64,000 bases of DNA from IMG/VR virus record IMGVR_UViG_3300023276_001086, positions 1-64,000 of that record; one strand, given 5' to 3'. Source of the DNA: a virus. Below the pieces are notes generated by a model. It made no database searches. It was not told the origin of the DNA and saw only the letters and a program-made list of their open reading frames with translations. The position numbers and the translations under genes are program-made. Positions 36,510 to 45,523 of this stretch are shown piece after piece; within the stretch, counting starts at the first letter, position 1, and every line of letters begins with the position of its first letter.

Positions 36510-37078
36510 TGCTGCCCCGAGTGCTTCTTACTGGTAGTGGACCGAGTATACCAGCCTGCCGGGAGATCTACATCGAAACGCCAGCTTGTGGTGGGCGTAG
36601 CCACTGCACCGTAGCCTGCGTCTGCCACATTGGTGGCCCAGGTGAGCGCCTCTGTCGTGTTCACAGCGTCTGGGTTGTGATACTCGAGCTGCGTCGCGCT
36701 GATATACCCAGTGACAATGAACTGCCCGTTGTTGAGCGGGTTGGCTGCCGCAGAGATAGTGATGGTGCCGCCGACCATGTTGGCCACAAAGAGACCCGCC
36801 ACATCCGTGATCGTAGCCGGCGTGCCTGCCACGATGACTCCTGCTGCCGGGGAGTTCGTCGCCTTGGTTCCCGTGGAAACACCGCCGTCGTAGCCGTTGG
36901 CATCTTTCCAGGTCTCCACAGCGTTGCCCTTGTCCGGCCCGTCCCACACCTCACTGGTGGTCGGGTTGCTCCAGCTGGCAGGAGGGGCATCAACAGCAGG
37001 ACCGGCCAGCCTCTCCCTGTCTGGAGCGCTGGCGGCGTCGAAGCAGAACCCTGAGTCGTACTTAGGGAATCCCATCAT
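36506..37078 (-). CDS. Virion structural protein carrying the shared NNGxF module
   Basis: 190 aa; overlaps neighbours. Confidence 0.65.
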   Translation of the reverse strand: MMGFPKYDSGFCFDAASAPDRERLAGPAVDAPPASWSNPTTSEVWDGPDKGNAVETWKDANGYDGGVSTGTKATNSPAAGVIVAGTPATITDVAGLFVANMVGGTITISAAANPLNNGQFIVTGYISATQLEYHNPDAVNTTEALTWATNVADAGYGAVATPTTSWRFDVDLPAGWYTRSTTSKKHSGQQ

Positions 37079-38964
37079 GGCACCGGTATGGCGAGCTGGA
37101 ATACGAGGTCCTCGTCGGGAAGCCCTCCCGGTGTGAACCCTCCAGTGCGCCCCCTGATCGCCCTATCATACCCCCACTGACTCCAGGGCATCTCCTTTTC
37201 GTAGACACCAGTCTCTTCCCAAGCATCCGACCCAGCTGCACCGAGATAGAACTCGCCGCCGCCGGGGCCAGTGAGGGCCTGAAGTGTTACGTAGTTGACG
37301 GCGAACGCGCTGACCTCCCAGGCATGCAGCCTGAGCTGGTGCCACGTGAGCTGGTTGGTGTGGTGCCGCCACTCGGCCAGCACAGTCTGCGGGTTGTCCT
37401 GGTCGAGCAGCCTGAAGTGCGCCTGGCCGCTGACGAGGTAGACCCAGATGTTCACGCCGACCTGGAACCCCTCGGTGAGCGCCGTGAGAGATGCCTGCTG
37501 AACACCCACACCGTTCATGGCATCCACGACGTACAAGCTCTGTGCGCTGCCGTGGACCGGAGACCCGACCTTGGTGGGGGTGGTGGCCCCGACCGTGACC
37601 CAAGGGAGTACGGTGACGTCCTCGAAATCGCCATCGAGCAGGAGGTTCGACGCCAAGAGATGGGCGTCCCACCGATGAATGACGTGCCCGCTCTCATCGG
37701 TGTCATCAAAACGGAAGGAGCCCTCGCTGATGGTGGCGGGACGCGTGCCGGGCGTGCCGCTTGGCCACTCGGTGTCGCTCTCGGATGGAGCCTTGCCGGG
37801 CACGTCCGCCAGCCGAAGACCGCCAAACGGAAGACCGAGATTCTCCGGTACCGGCGGATCCGTCACGTATGTTGTCGGGTCCTCTGGATCGTAGGCAGTC
37901 ACCGCCGCTCGAGGCACCTCATGCGGGGAATCGGCGTAGCCAATCGGGACGGCGTATGCCGGCCAATCATCCGGGTAGGAGTAGGCAGCGTCTGGTACAG
38001 CGGGGCCGAGCAACACGGGGTCGTCGATACCAATCGTCAGCGAGATGCTCTTGAGCACCACGAAAAATGGATCCGTGTGGATTGGTTTGTACCGGCGGAG
38101 GTACTGAGAGAGGAACAGGACGTTGACCAAGTCGAAGATGTCAGCGTCGATTACGACGCCAAAAGTGTGGAGCTTGTGGGGCTCGTAGATATCTCCCGAC
38201 CCCACGAAGGTCCCAAGCCACTCCGGCTCCTCGACGTAGTCGGTGATGACTACGCCCTCGCACAAGGGAGCGAACTGCTCCACTGAGTCCCCGAGACCGT
38301 AGGACACCCCCGTCGCCGGATTGATTTCAACGGCGAGAGACGATGGGAACAAGTACGACCTGACCTCTGACCGATTGTCCTCACCCTGAATGAGTATACG
38401 GTTCCTGGAACCGTCGAACGGGCTGTCGATGCCGATGATGTTCCCACGCTCTTCAGCAAAAGGCAGACCCAAAATGATCTGACTGCTGACGCGGGTCTTG
38501 AATACCGTGCGACCATCCCACACGTAGCTCCACAGTCCTCGCACCGCCGAAAGGTAATCGAGATTGTCTGTCCGCTCCGCGAGGTCGTCGAGCGTAAACC
38601 CGATTAGCCTACCGAAGTTCGACTCAACAGCAGGCCTGTTGTCCAGGTAGGTGATCTCCGCCCACAGCTGATCTGGCGGGTTATCTACGCTACGTATCCA
38701 CCAACGCTGCCCCAGGAGACTGAGCTCGAGAGCAGGATCGAAAAGCTCAACCTGCGTCGCAGAGATGACCTGAAACAGCCGAAAACGCCGACCATCCAAG
38801 AGCTCGAGGAAGTACCCGCGTAGGTCGGCGTCAGCACCGAACTGTGCCTCAAAGTCGGCTGAAGCATCGAAAAAATACTCGTGGTTGGTTGCGTTGGTGT
38901 AACCGGCAAAGCCCCGCATGGCCTGTGCGAACCAAGCGTTGATCATCTGAATGGTGTTGATCAC
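37075..38964 (-). CDS. Baseplate-associated protein with C-terminal CBM-like domain
   Basis: 629 aa acidic; YKPIHT motif; NLLLDGDFE start of a CBM4/9-like domain. Confidence 0.6.
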   Translation of the reverse strand: MINTIQMINAWFAQAMRGFAGYTNATNHEYFFDASADFEAQFGADADLRGYFLELLDGRRFRLFQVISATQVELFDPALELSLLGQRWWIRSVDNPPDQLWAEITYLDNRPAVESNFGRLIGFTLDDLAERTDNLDYLSAVRGLWSYVWDGRTVFKTRVSSQIILGLPFAEERGNIIGIDSPFDGSRNRILIQGEDNRSEVRSYLFPSSLAVEINPATGVSYGLGDSVEQFAPLCEGVVITDYVEEPEWLGTFVGSGDIYEPHKLHTFGVVIDADIFDLVNVLFLSQYLRRYKPIHTDPFFVVLKSISLTIGIDDPVLLGPAVPDAAYSYPDDWPAYAVPIGYADSPHEVPRAAVTAYDPEDPTTYVTDPPVPENLGLPFGGLRLADVPGKAPSESDTEWPSGTPGTRPATISEGSFRFDDTDESGHVIHRWDAHLLASNLLLDGDFEDVTVLPWVTVGATTPTKVGSPVHGSAQSLYVVDAMNGVGVQQASLTALTEGFQVGVNIWVYLVSGQAHFRLLDQDNPQTVLAEWRHHTNQLTWHQLRLHAWEVSAFAVNYVTLQALTGPGGGEFYLGAAGSDAWEETGVYEKEMPWSQWGYDRAIRGRTGGFTPGGLPDEDLVFQLAIPVP

Positions 38965-41621
38965 ACATCCTCCACAGTCGACACCTGCTCCACGCGGAAG
39001 TCGTTACCCTCGATGAGCGGACTGGGCACTCCTGGAACGGGAACCCCATCCTTGTCTATGAGTCGAACAGCTTCCTGCAACCTAGGGATGTTCTGTACCA
39101 CATCATCAACAGCGATGGCCGTGCGACGTAACACACCCTTGAATCGGACCGTGTAGGTGTCGCTGGCCAAGTACGCTGACATTATTGATGTCGCGTCGTC
39201 GAACACCAGTACCTTACCCCGGACCCCGAAGATGGCGGCTGGAATCTCGATGACACCCCCCTCTTCCGTGCGGACCTCAAAGACAGCTGAGTCGTGGGCA
39301 GACGCCCCGATGAGGGTGAAGTTCGTGTCTCTGGACAGCACGGTTGGTCGGAGCATCCAGTAGCCGGGCCGGTTTGTCAGCGGCAAGGCGTGCGACGTGA
39401 TGAAGGTAGCTCCCTCAATCCGTGTCACACGGTAAGCAATTCCCTCGAGGACGAGGTAGTGCCCAGGAAGCGCGTCCCCAGGCATGTCCGAAGCCGTGTA
39501 GGTAAATGCCTCGGTCACGAGCACGGCATTGACGTTCTCGTATTCAATCTGAATATCACTGTTCACCGCCGTAATGACGAAGGAACCATTGTTGTCTGGG
39601 TCCGTGGCGTCGGCGATAGTAATTTCTTGGCCCACCAAACTGGAAGCAAAGGCGCCAGCCGCGTGGTCGAGGGTAGCCGTACCCACCACAGGTGAGTCCG
39701 GAGTAATGGTGTCCCCAGTCCCCGAGAAGCTATTCAAGACGTAGGCATACTCCGGGTCCACTGCCAGGTCACCGACCACGGCCACAGGAGTGGGGGCGTC
39801 TGCGAATCCCGCTGCGTTGACCGCGTTCTCGATAGTGGCGGGGAGCTCCTCGTAGTTAGGCTCCTCGTACCACGGATCGAAGTCGAGCCAACGACGCTGA
39901 AGAGTGCGCTGAATATCCAGTAGGCTCTTCGAGTAGGACGCCTGCCACAACTTCATGAGCTCGTCGGTAGAACCCTGCGCCGCCCCCGACCAGAAGGTGT
40001 CAACCTTGTCCTTGTCATCTACGATGCCCCACACGTCGGGGAGGTAGTTCCAGATGAAGCTGAGGTCCGGAGTGAGCCCCAGCGGGACGTTGGTCTGGTA
40101 GATGTTGAGCAGAGCCACCGCAGGCAGGCTGTCCCGCACGCCATCGTTGACCACGAGCTGCACGGTGTAGAGGCCGAGAACGTCTCCGAGGTAGGACCCG
40201 ACCTGGCTTGTCCGGCCTTCCCAGAGGTCGAGCTCCCACACCTTCGGGTCCGACAGCCGCCAAATCTTGCTGCCAGCCGTCCGGTAGCCGTCGAGCTCGG
40301 CCACAACGAAGACCATGAGGCCGGCGTCCAGGGTCTCAAATGTCCAGGCCGCACCGCCCCATGTGGCAATCTGGCCCTCGTGCGTGGCGAAGTCGTTGAG
40401 CGCCGTGGGGATGACCAGGTACTTGTCCCCGACCGACGGGCCCACAATCGTGGAGCTGTTCGCGTGGCGGTCGATGACGTCAATCATAGTCGTTCCGGTC
40501 AGCCGTGTGCCGCCCCAACCGGACTGGACGACTATCTCCCACTCTGCACTCGCAGAGCCCGCCACCATGGCATCACGATTCAGCGCGATCCAGCTACCGT
40601 CGTCTGCCACGCGCATGATGATGGAGTCGAGGGGCAGGTCCCCAATGAGAAGGTCCCCCTCGAGCGCTCCTGTGAACGTGCCGGCGACTCCGGTGATGAT
40701 GTTGGTGTACCCGGTTGCGTCCGCCGGAGTAGTGCCGGTACCGGTGAGCTTCGCCCCCGAAGCATCTGGAAGGTCAGTGGTGGTCCAGACGTGAGTGAGC
40801 GGCGCTGCCGGCGTGTCCGGGTCGTAGCTGTCCCGACCATCGAAGTAACCGTACTGAGTGATCACACGAGCCTGGTCAGGCCCGATGATCGCCACCGGCC
40901 TCTGGTTGCCCAGAACGAGGCTCGAGCTCAAGCGAATGCAGTCCAGGCAGATCTGCGTCGTGTCGGCACCCGCCTGACCAACGACCTCCACCCGAACGTT
41001 GTCTACCTCAATCGCCGGCGTATCCAGCGGCTCAAAGGTGTAGCGGAGCTCCATGACGCCAGTGGCGTCGTAGACGTCCTTGCGGGTCACGTAGAGGTTG
41101 GCCCTGTTGTTGGCCTCGTCGACCGTCACCCTGACAATGTAGTAGTCCGCGCCCTCTGAGAAGATGTCTGCCGAATCGGGGAAGACCGAAGAGACCGTCA
41201 CCCCGTCAGTCGAGAGAGCGAAGCCGCCCTCCTCTGACATCAGGAGCCCGGCGCACTTGCCGAACTGGTTGAAGGCCCCGACGAAAAACCGCTTGTCGAC
41301 CGGGCTCGAGAAGTCCTCGGGCAGCGCCGTTGGGAGGAAGCTGAACTGGATGGAGAACTCCGAATGCGGAACCTCGTAGTCAAAACGAAAGCCGGAGTCC
41401 ATGCCATCGTTACTCATCATGCAGTAGTCGTTCGCCCCGCTGAACCAGGTGTAGATGCCGCCAGAGCGCGCCACCGTGACACCGGACCACGACAAGATGG
41501 TGAGCATCGTAACGTCGCTGGGCTCGCAGAAGTCGAAGATGTCCCACGGGTCCGACGTGGGGAACGACATGGCCCCGTAGAAGACCGTGCCGTACAGAAA
41601 GGTTCCGTAAACCGCCATCAT
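38961..41621 (-). CDS. Virion structural protein with PKD-like and DUF2793-like segments
   Basis: 886 aa; NQRPVA..DGRDSYDPD..W...GLYTVQLVVNDG; GDKYLV..F..HEGQIA.W...WTF. Confidence 0.65.
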   Translation of the reverse strand: MMAVYGTFLYGTVFYGAMSFPTSDPWDIFDFCEPSDVTMLTILSWSGVTVARSGGIYTWFSGANDYCMMSNDGMDSGFRFDYEVPHSEFSIQFSFLPTALPEDFSSPVDKRFFVGAFNQFGKCAGLLMSEEGGFALSTDGVTVSSVFPDSADIFSEGADYYIVRVTVDEANNRANLYVTRKDVYDATGVMELRYTFEPLDTPAIEVDNVRVEVVGQAGADTTQICLDCIRLSSSLVLGNQRPVAIIGPDQARVITQYGYFDGRDSYDPDTPAAPLTHVWTTTDLPDASGAKLTGTGTTPADATGYTNIITGVAGTFTGALEGDLLIGDLPLDSIIMRVADDGSWIALNRDAMVAGSASAEWEIVVQSGWGGTRLTGTTMIDVIDRHANSSTIVGPSVGDKYLVIPTALNDFATHEGQIATWGGAAWTFETLDAGLMVFVVAELDGYRTAGSKIWRLSDPKVWELDLWEGRTSQVGSYLGDVLGLYTVQLVVNDGVRDSLPAVALLNIYQTNVPLGLTPDLSFIWNYLPDVWGIVDDKDKVDTFWSGAAQGSTDELMKLWQASYSKSLLDIQRTLQRRWLDFDPWYEEPNYEELPATIENAVNAAGFADAPTPVAVVGDLAVDPEYAYVLNSFSGTGDTITPDSPVVGTATLDHAAGAFASSLVGQEITIADATDPDNNGSFVITAVNSDIQIEYENVNAVLVTEAFTYTASDMPGDALPGHYLVLEGIAYRVTRIEGATFITSHALPLTNRPGYWMLRPTVLSRDTNFTLIGASAHDSAVFEVRTEEGGVIEIPAAIFGVRGKVLVFDDATSIMSAYLASDTYTVRFKGVLRRTAIAVDDVVQNIPRLQEAVRLIDKDGVPVPGVPSPLIEGNDFRVEQVSTVEDV

Positions 41622-41632
41622 TCACCCGCTAG

Positions 41633-41797
41633 CTATGCACTGTATCGTAGGGCGTATTGACCGCGTTGGATAGAGTCCCGGTCACCTACCAGCAGACGAG
41701 TTCCAACCGCGGGGCCCGCTGCCGCGTTGGGAAGCACCGCAGCACTAGCATAAGAGCCCCAAAACGGGTGCGAGCCTATTATTCCTCTGTCGCCCAT
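41633..41797 (-). CDS. 54-aa ORF, possible truncated structural-gene remnant
   Basis: GGAGG RBS then MGDRGIIGSHPFWGSYASAAVLPN...; fills the intergenic gap. Confidence 0.45.
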   Translation of the reverse strand: MGDRGIIGSHPFWGSYASAAVLPNAAAGPAVGTRLLVGDRDSIQRGQYALRYSA

Positions 41798-41806
41798 CAG
41801 ACCCTC

Positions 41807-42673
41807 CTAGAAACCAGGCCAGTCATTGCGGAGGTTGCCGCCGACCATCCTGCAAGCTCGGCCCGGCATTTGCGCCGCCGAAATCTTCCGACCTACAGCG
41901 GCAACACGATGCTCCGCTGTCATCATTTCCGGGAAACCCGAGCCCCACCCGCGAAACGTCAGCGGGATAGCGTTCTCATTGCAGAAGTCAGCTACCGCCT
42001 TCACCCAGGCCACTGGGAGAACCGTCTTGTCCTGAATGGGTGCAGTCACGGAAACCCAATCCAATTCCGGCCACGCTGCGAGGTCGATAGCCCCCATCAT
42101 CGGTGAGCATCGCACCAACCGCCGATCAGCGAGCGAATCCATCAATACCGGAATCATGGCATCTGCGTGCTCTTGGTCCTCCACCGACACAGCAAAAGTC
42201 ACGTTAGGCAGGGGCCACTCTTTAGTGAATGAATCCCAACTAGGGTCGGCCCACCTATCAGCCTGGACTGCAACCGACGCTGGGGTATTTTCGTCAGCAA
42301 GCCACTCTTTCGCCGCCTGGATACGCCTCGTCGTCACCACGAAATGATGTCGAGGGAGCTTAGCCATCACGCCGAAGATCGCTGCTCTATAATCGTCGGT
42401 CACCCCAGGGTGGAACATATCGCTGATGTGCCCCACGTTGAAGAGGGCAGGAGGCTCGATGTTGAAGGGGATGTCCAGCGACTCTGACATGAACACCACC
42501 TCCCCTGTCCAGTCCCCGTCCCCATCGATCACCTCGACATGATGCTTCTTTACCCAGGGATGCTGTGTGAGCTTCACCAGCCTCTCAGCACAGTGGTCAC
42601 ACCCTGACGACACCTTGGTACACCCAAAAATCGGACTCCAGCCGACCATATTCACATATTCCACGCCTACCAC
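41807..42673 (-). CDS. DUF5131 (phage Gp37/Gp68) family protein
   Basis: WSPIFGCTKVSSGCDHC, SDMFH, PLPNV...SVEDQ, LDWV. Confidence 0.85.
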   Translation of the reverse strand: MVGVEYVNMVGWSPIFGCTKVSSGCDHCAERLVKLTQHPWVKKHHVEVIDGDGDWTGEVVFMSESLDIPFNIEPPALFNVGHISDMFHPGVTDDYRAAIFGVMAKLPRHHFVVTTRRIQAAKEWLADENTPASVAVQADRWADPSWDSFTKEWPLPNVTFAVSVEDQEHADAMIPVLMDSLADRRLVRCSPMMGAIDLAAWPELDWVSVTAPIQDKTVLPVAWVKAVADFCNENAIPLTFRGWGSGFPEMMTAEHRVAAVGRKISAAQMPGRACRMVGGNLRNDWPGF

Positions 42674-45168
42674 CCAAAGTCCTGAAGCGCGTTATCGAAG
42701 ATGTTGTAGGCCGACTCAGCCGTCGCCGTGATGTTCGCGCTCAGCGTCGGGTCCGCATTGAATCGGCAGAAGTCCAGGGTAGCGACGGTCCCAGCCGCCG
42801 AAGTAAACGGGTTATTCGCCCCACCGCTGGCGTGGACGAATGTCGATCTAGTCGCCCGGAATTTCGTGCTCGCCACCTGAAAATTGATTGCGAAAGTCGT
42901 GCGCCCGATCAATCGGCAGTTAGCTATGGACACCGTTGGGTTGGCATGAATCAGCCGGATCGGCACTGGCTCCCCCGCACTCCCAACCCAACCCCTGACA
43001 TCATCAAAGATAAGCTCCGCACTGGTCCCACCACCAAGGAAGAACACGCCTGCCCCCAGAACAGGGTCGACATCTATGTTCCGATACGTCACTTTCCAGT
43101 TAGCCGTCGATGGTGCCCAGGCGCGGAACAGCATGGACCCAGCTACGCGGCCATTCTTGACTGTCACTTGCGGATTATCGCCAGAGACTTCAGCAGCACA
43201 GAGAGTTGAACCGCTTATCGTGAAGCCATTCAAATCCAGAATCGTGTGGTATCCATCTGGCCAGCTAGTCCCAGGCGAAGAGGAGTCATCAGACATCAGT
43301 TTGATGACAATGTCGTCCTGAGAGACGAGAGCCGCCGACTGCACCGCCTCAGCCGCAGTGTTGTACATCTGCCCGACGCCAGCCAGCTTTGGTGTGTCGG
43401 ACGGGTCGTGGATGCTGGGGGACACACCCACATCAAAAGTGCAATTCCTGAATGTCCCAGTCTTCAGAGTCCCGGAATACACCGAGAAGTCCAAAGCCAG
43501 GTAAATTCCAGTCGGCGGGGAATACCCCAACTGCCCTTCACCGAACCGACAGCTTGAACAAATCAAATCATCTGGCTGAGTGTTGATCAAGAGTGGACGT
43601 GCCATCAAAACCGAGCAGCCATCATCCCAACTGACACCTAAGAACGTGCTTCGCTCCAGCCACACCTGGCCAGTCGTGCCCAAGGTGACCACCCCGGCAA
43701 AGACCGTCGACATGGACGGTTCATCGTCAAAGAAGTCCTTGGTAGTGACCCGACTCTGGAAAACGTACAGGTTGGCAGTACCCGAGACGCCAAGTTGCTG
43801 AAGATGCGTGTCAACCAGGCGCAAACTGCCAACAGCGGAAGACACCGCACACTGCTCACCGTCTACGTCATCCAGCGTGAGAGCATGATCGCCGACTCCG
43901 GTAACCTGGACCGCCACCGCCGCAGCACCAGACAGCAAGAAAAATGCTTGGTCCAGCTTGCACCGGGCCAGCCTCACTGACGACGGGCTCGTCCCACGGA
44001 CATGAATCCCAAGCCGCGCATCAAACGAGAAATCCACATCCCGGAAGACGATGTTTAGCGCCTCGTCGATGTCGACTGCCCAAGTCGTAGGTGCAAGCGC
44101 CCACGTAAACGGCTCTGTCACACTGCCGTAGCCAAACCCAGGGTGGGTGTACACAAGCTGCGTCAGGCTATTGACCGCCGTGATAGTGAACGTCCCATTG
44201 TTAGCGGGATTCGTGCAGCCTGAGATCGTTATCGACTGACCGATCATCCCCACCAGGAAAGATGCACCGACCGCGTCAAGTGTGACACTACCAAAACCTG
44301 GGGAGTCGGCTGTGAGCGTAAACGTGCCAGTGTCAGTAAGACCCGCAGAACCCTCTCGGTCGATGGTGACGTTGTAGTACCCCGCATTGTCGTTCGTCTG
44401 CGTGACGATTTCGACATCAGCGGTCTGCGTGATGACGCACGCCTCTTTCGATTCGCCAATCACATACACGTACTCTGGAAGGTCCAGAGCCGACTCTGTG
44501 TAGTGCCCAGGCATGATCTTGATTCCGACGCGGTGCGCCACGGTGGGAGACATCGCAACCGCTGCGATAATCCCGGCAGCGATGGTGTCCTCTGGGAACT
44601 GGATCGTCCCGTCTTCGGTGTAGGAACTCGTCGTCTTGTCGACGACCACCCAGTTGTCGATGCCAGGAAGCGCGTCGTTCCCGCCCCCACCCCCACCCCC
44701 AACAATGTTCCAAGCTACCCCATCGTCAACGTAGAGGCCTTCCCCAGTACCGCTCTTATAGCCAAAACGGCCCTTTGTGTAATCGGTGGGCAGTGTAGCG
44801 ATGGGGTTGAGCTCCACGACACCTTCGGCACCTACCCCAAATTTCTGGGTGTAGGCAGGGGGCGAACTATCGTAGTCATCCCCGACCGACAGAAGCTTGC
44901 CGCCGTTCGTAACGAAACTGTCCCGGGCCACGAGCTTGAAAGCGATGGCACTCGCGCCATCAGCGACAGGACTGACCATCCCGCCGGGGCCCTGACCAGC
45001 AGCACCGACACCGATCAACGTGCCAGTCGTACCAAGGAACACCTGGATGGCTAGGATCTGCGAGTCCGGATAATTGAAATCCTCGTCGTAAACGATGTCG
45101 ACAAGATCTACTCGAGCAACTGCGGCATCGACCGAAGTCGGCCAATCAGTTGTGCCTGGATATGCCAC
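42667..45168 (-). CDS. Tail fibre/virion structural protein, beta-helix-like
   Basis: 833 aa; DGTIQFPEDTIAAGI, IKIMPGHYTE, YVIGE; GGAGG RBS. Confidence 0.65.
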   Translation of the reverse strand: MAYPGTTDWPTSVDAAVARVDLVDIVYDEDFNYPDSQILAIQVFLGTTGTLIGVGAAGQGPGGMVSPVADGASAIAFKLVARDSFVTNGGKLLSVGDDYDSSPPAYTQKFGVGAEGVVELNPIATLPTDYTKGRFGYKSGTGEGLYVDDGVAWNIVGGGGGGGNDALPGIDNWVVVDKTTSSYTEDGTIQFPEDTIAAGIIAAVAMSPTVAHRVGIKIMPGHYTESALDLPEYVYVIGESKEACVITQTADVEIVTQTNDNAGYYNVTIDREGSAGLTDTGTFTLTADSPGFGSVTLDAVGASFLVGMIGQSITISGCTNPANNGTFTITAVNSLTQLVYTHPGFGYGSVTEPFTWALAPTTWAVDIDEALNIVFRDVDFSFDARLGIHVRGTSPSSVRLARCKLDQAFFLLSGAAAVAVQVTGVGDHALTLDDVDGEQCAVSSAVGSLRLVDTHLQQLGVSGTANLYVFQSRVTTKDFFDDEPSMSTVFAGVVTLGTTGQVWLERSTFLGVSWDDGCSVLMARPLLINTQPDDLICSSCRFGEGQLGYSPPTGIYLALDFSVYSGTLKTGTFRNCTFDVGVSPSIHDPSDTPKLAGVGQMYNTAAEAVQSAALVSQDDIVIKLMSDDSSSPGTSWPDGYHTILDLNGFTISGSTLCAAEVSGDNPQVTVKNGRVAGSMLFRAWAPSTANWKVTYRNIDVDPVLGAGVFFLGGGTSAELIFDDVRGWVGSAGEPVPIRLIHANPTVSIANCRLIGRTTFAINFQVASTKFRATRSTFVHASGGANNPFTSAAGTVATLDFCRFNADPTLSANITATAESAYNIFDNALQDFGW

Positions 45169-45202
45169 TTCAACCTCCGCGTGCTGCTAGTATACTCTCA
45201 CC

Positions 45203-45523
45203 ATGCACTTCAAAGAGATGAAGACAGAGGATCGAGTAAAACTCATCAAGGGCCACGACGACGTGCTCACCCCGATGGTAAAAGCTGATGAGCAAATCTA
45301 CGAAGGCGTGATGTGCCCACGATGCGAGGGGATGGCTACCAAGGAGTTCGACCTCCACCGAACCCTCAACTCTCCCCGCATCATCCCTCGCTACAACTGC
45401 CGATGTCTGGAGTGCAGCTGTCTCTTCGAACCAATCACCAGGCTCGTCGTCGAGATGGGGAACAAGGGCCAGCTCCGTCCCGACACCCTGGTCCCGATCA
45501 TTGACCCCGCCAACGGACATTAG
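45203..45523 (+). CDS. Small zinc-ribbon protein, opposite strand, probably leaderless
   Basis: CPRC...CLEC; TATACT at 45191-45196, 6 nt before the ATG; exactly fills the gap between minus-strand genes. Confidence 0.7.
   Translation: MHFKEMKTEDRVKLIKGHDDVLTPMVKADEQIYEGVMCPRCEGMATKEFDLHRTLNSPRIIPRYNCRCLECSCLFEPITRLVVEMGNKGQLRPDTLVPIIDPANGH

Noticed and set aside
38961-38964. Programmed frameshift joining the 886-aa and 629-aa ORFs
   Set aside because: An ordinary GTGA overlap with an upstream GGAGG explains the junction; no slippery site seen.
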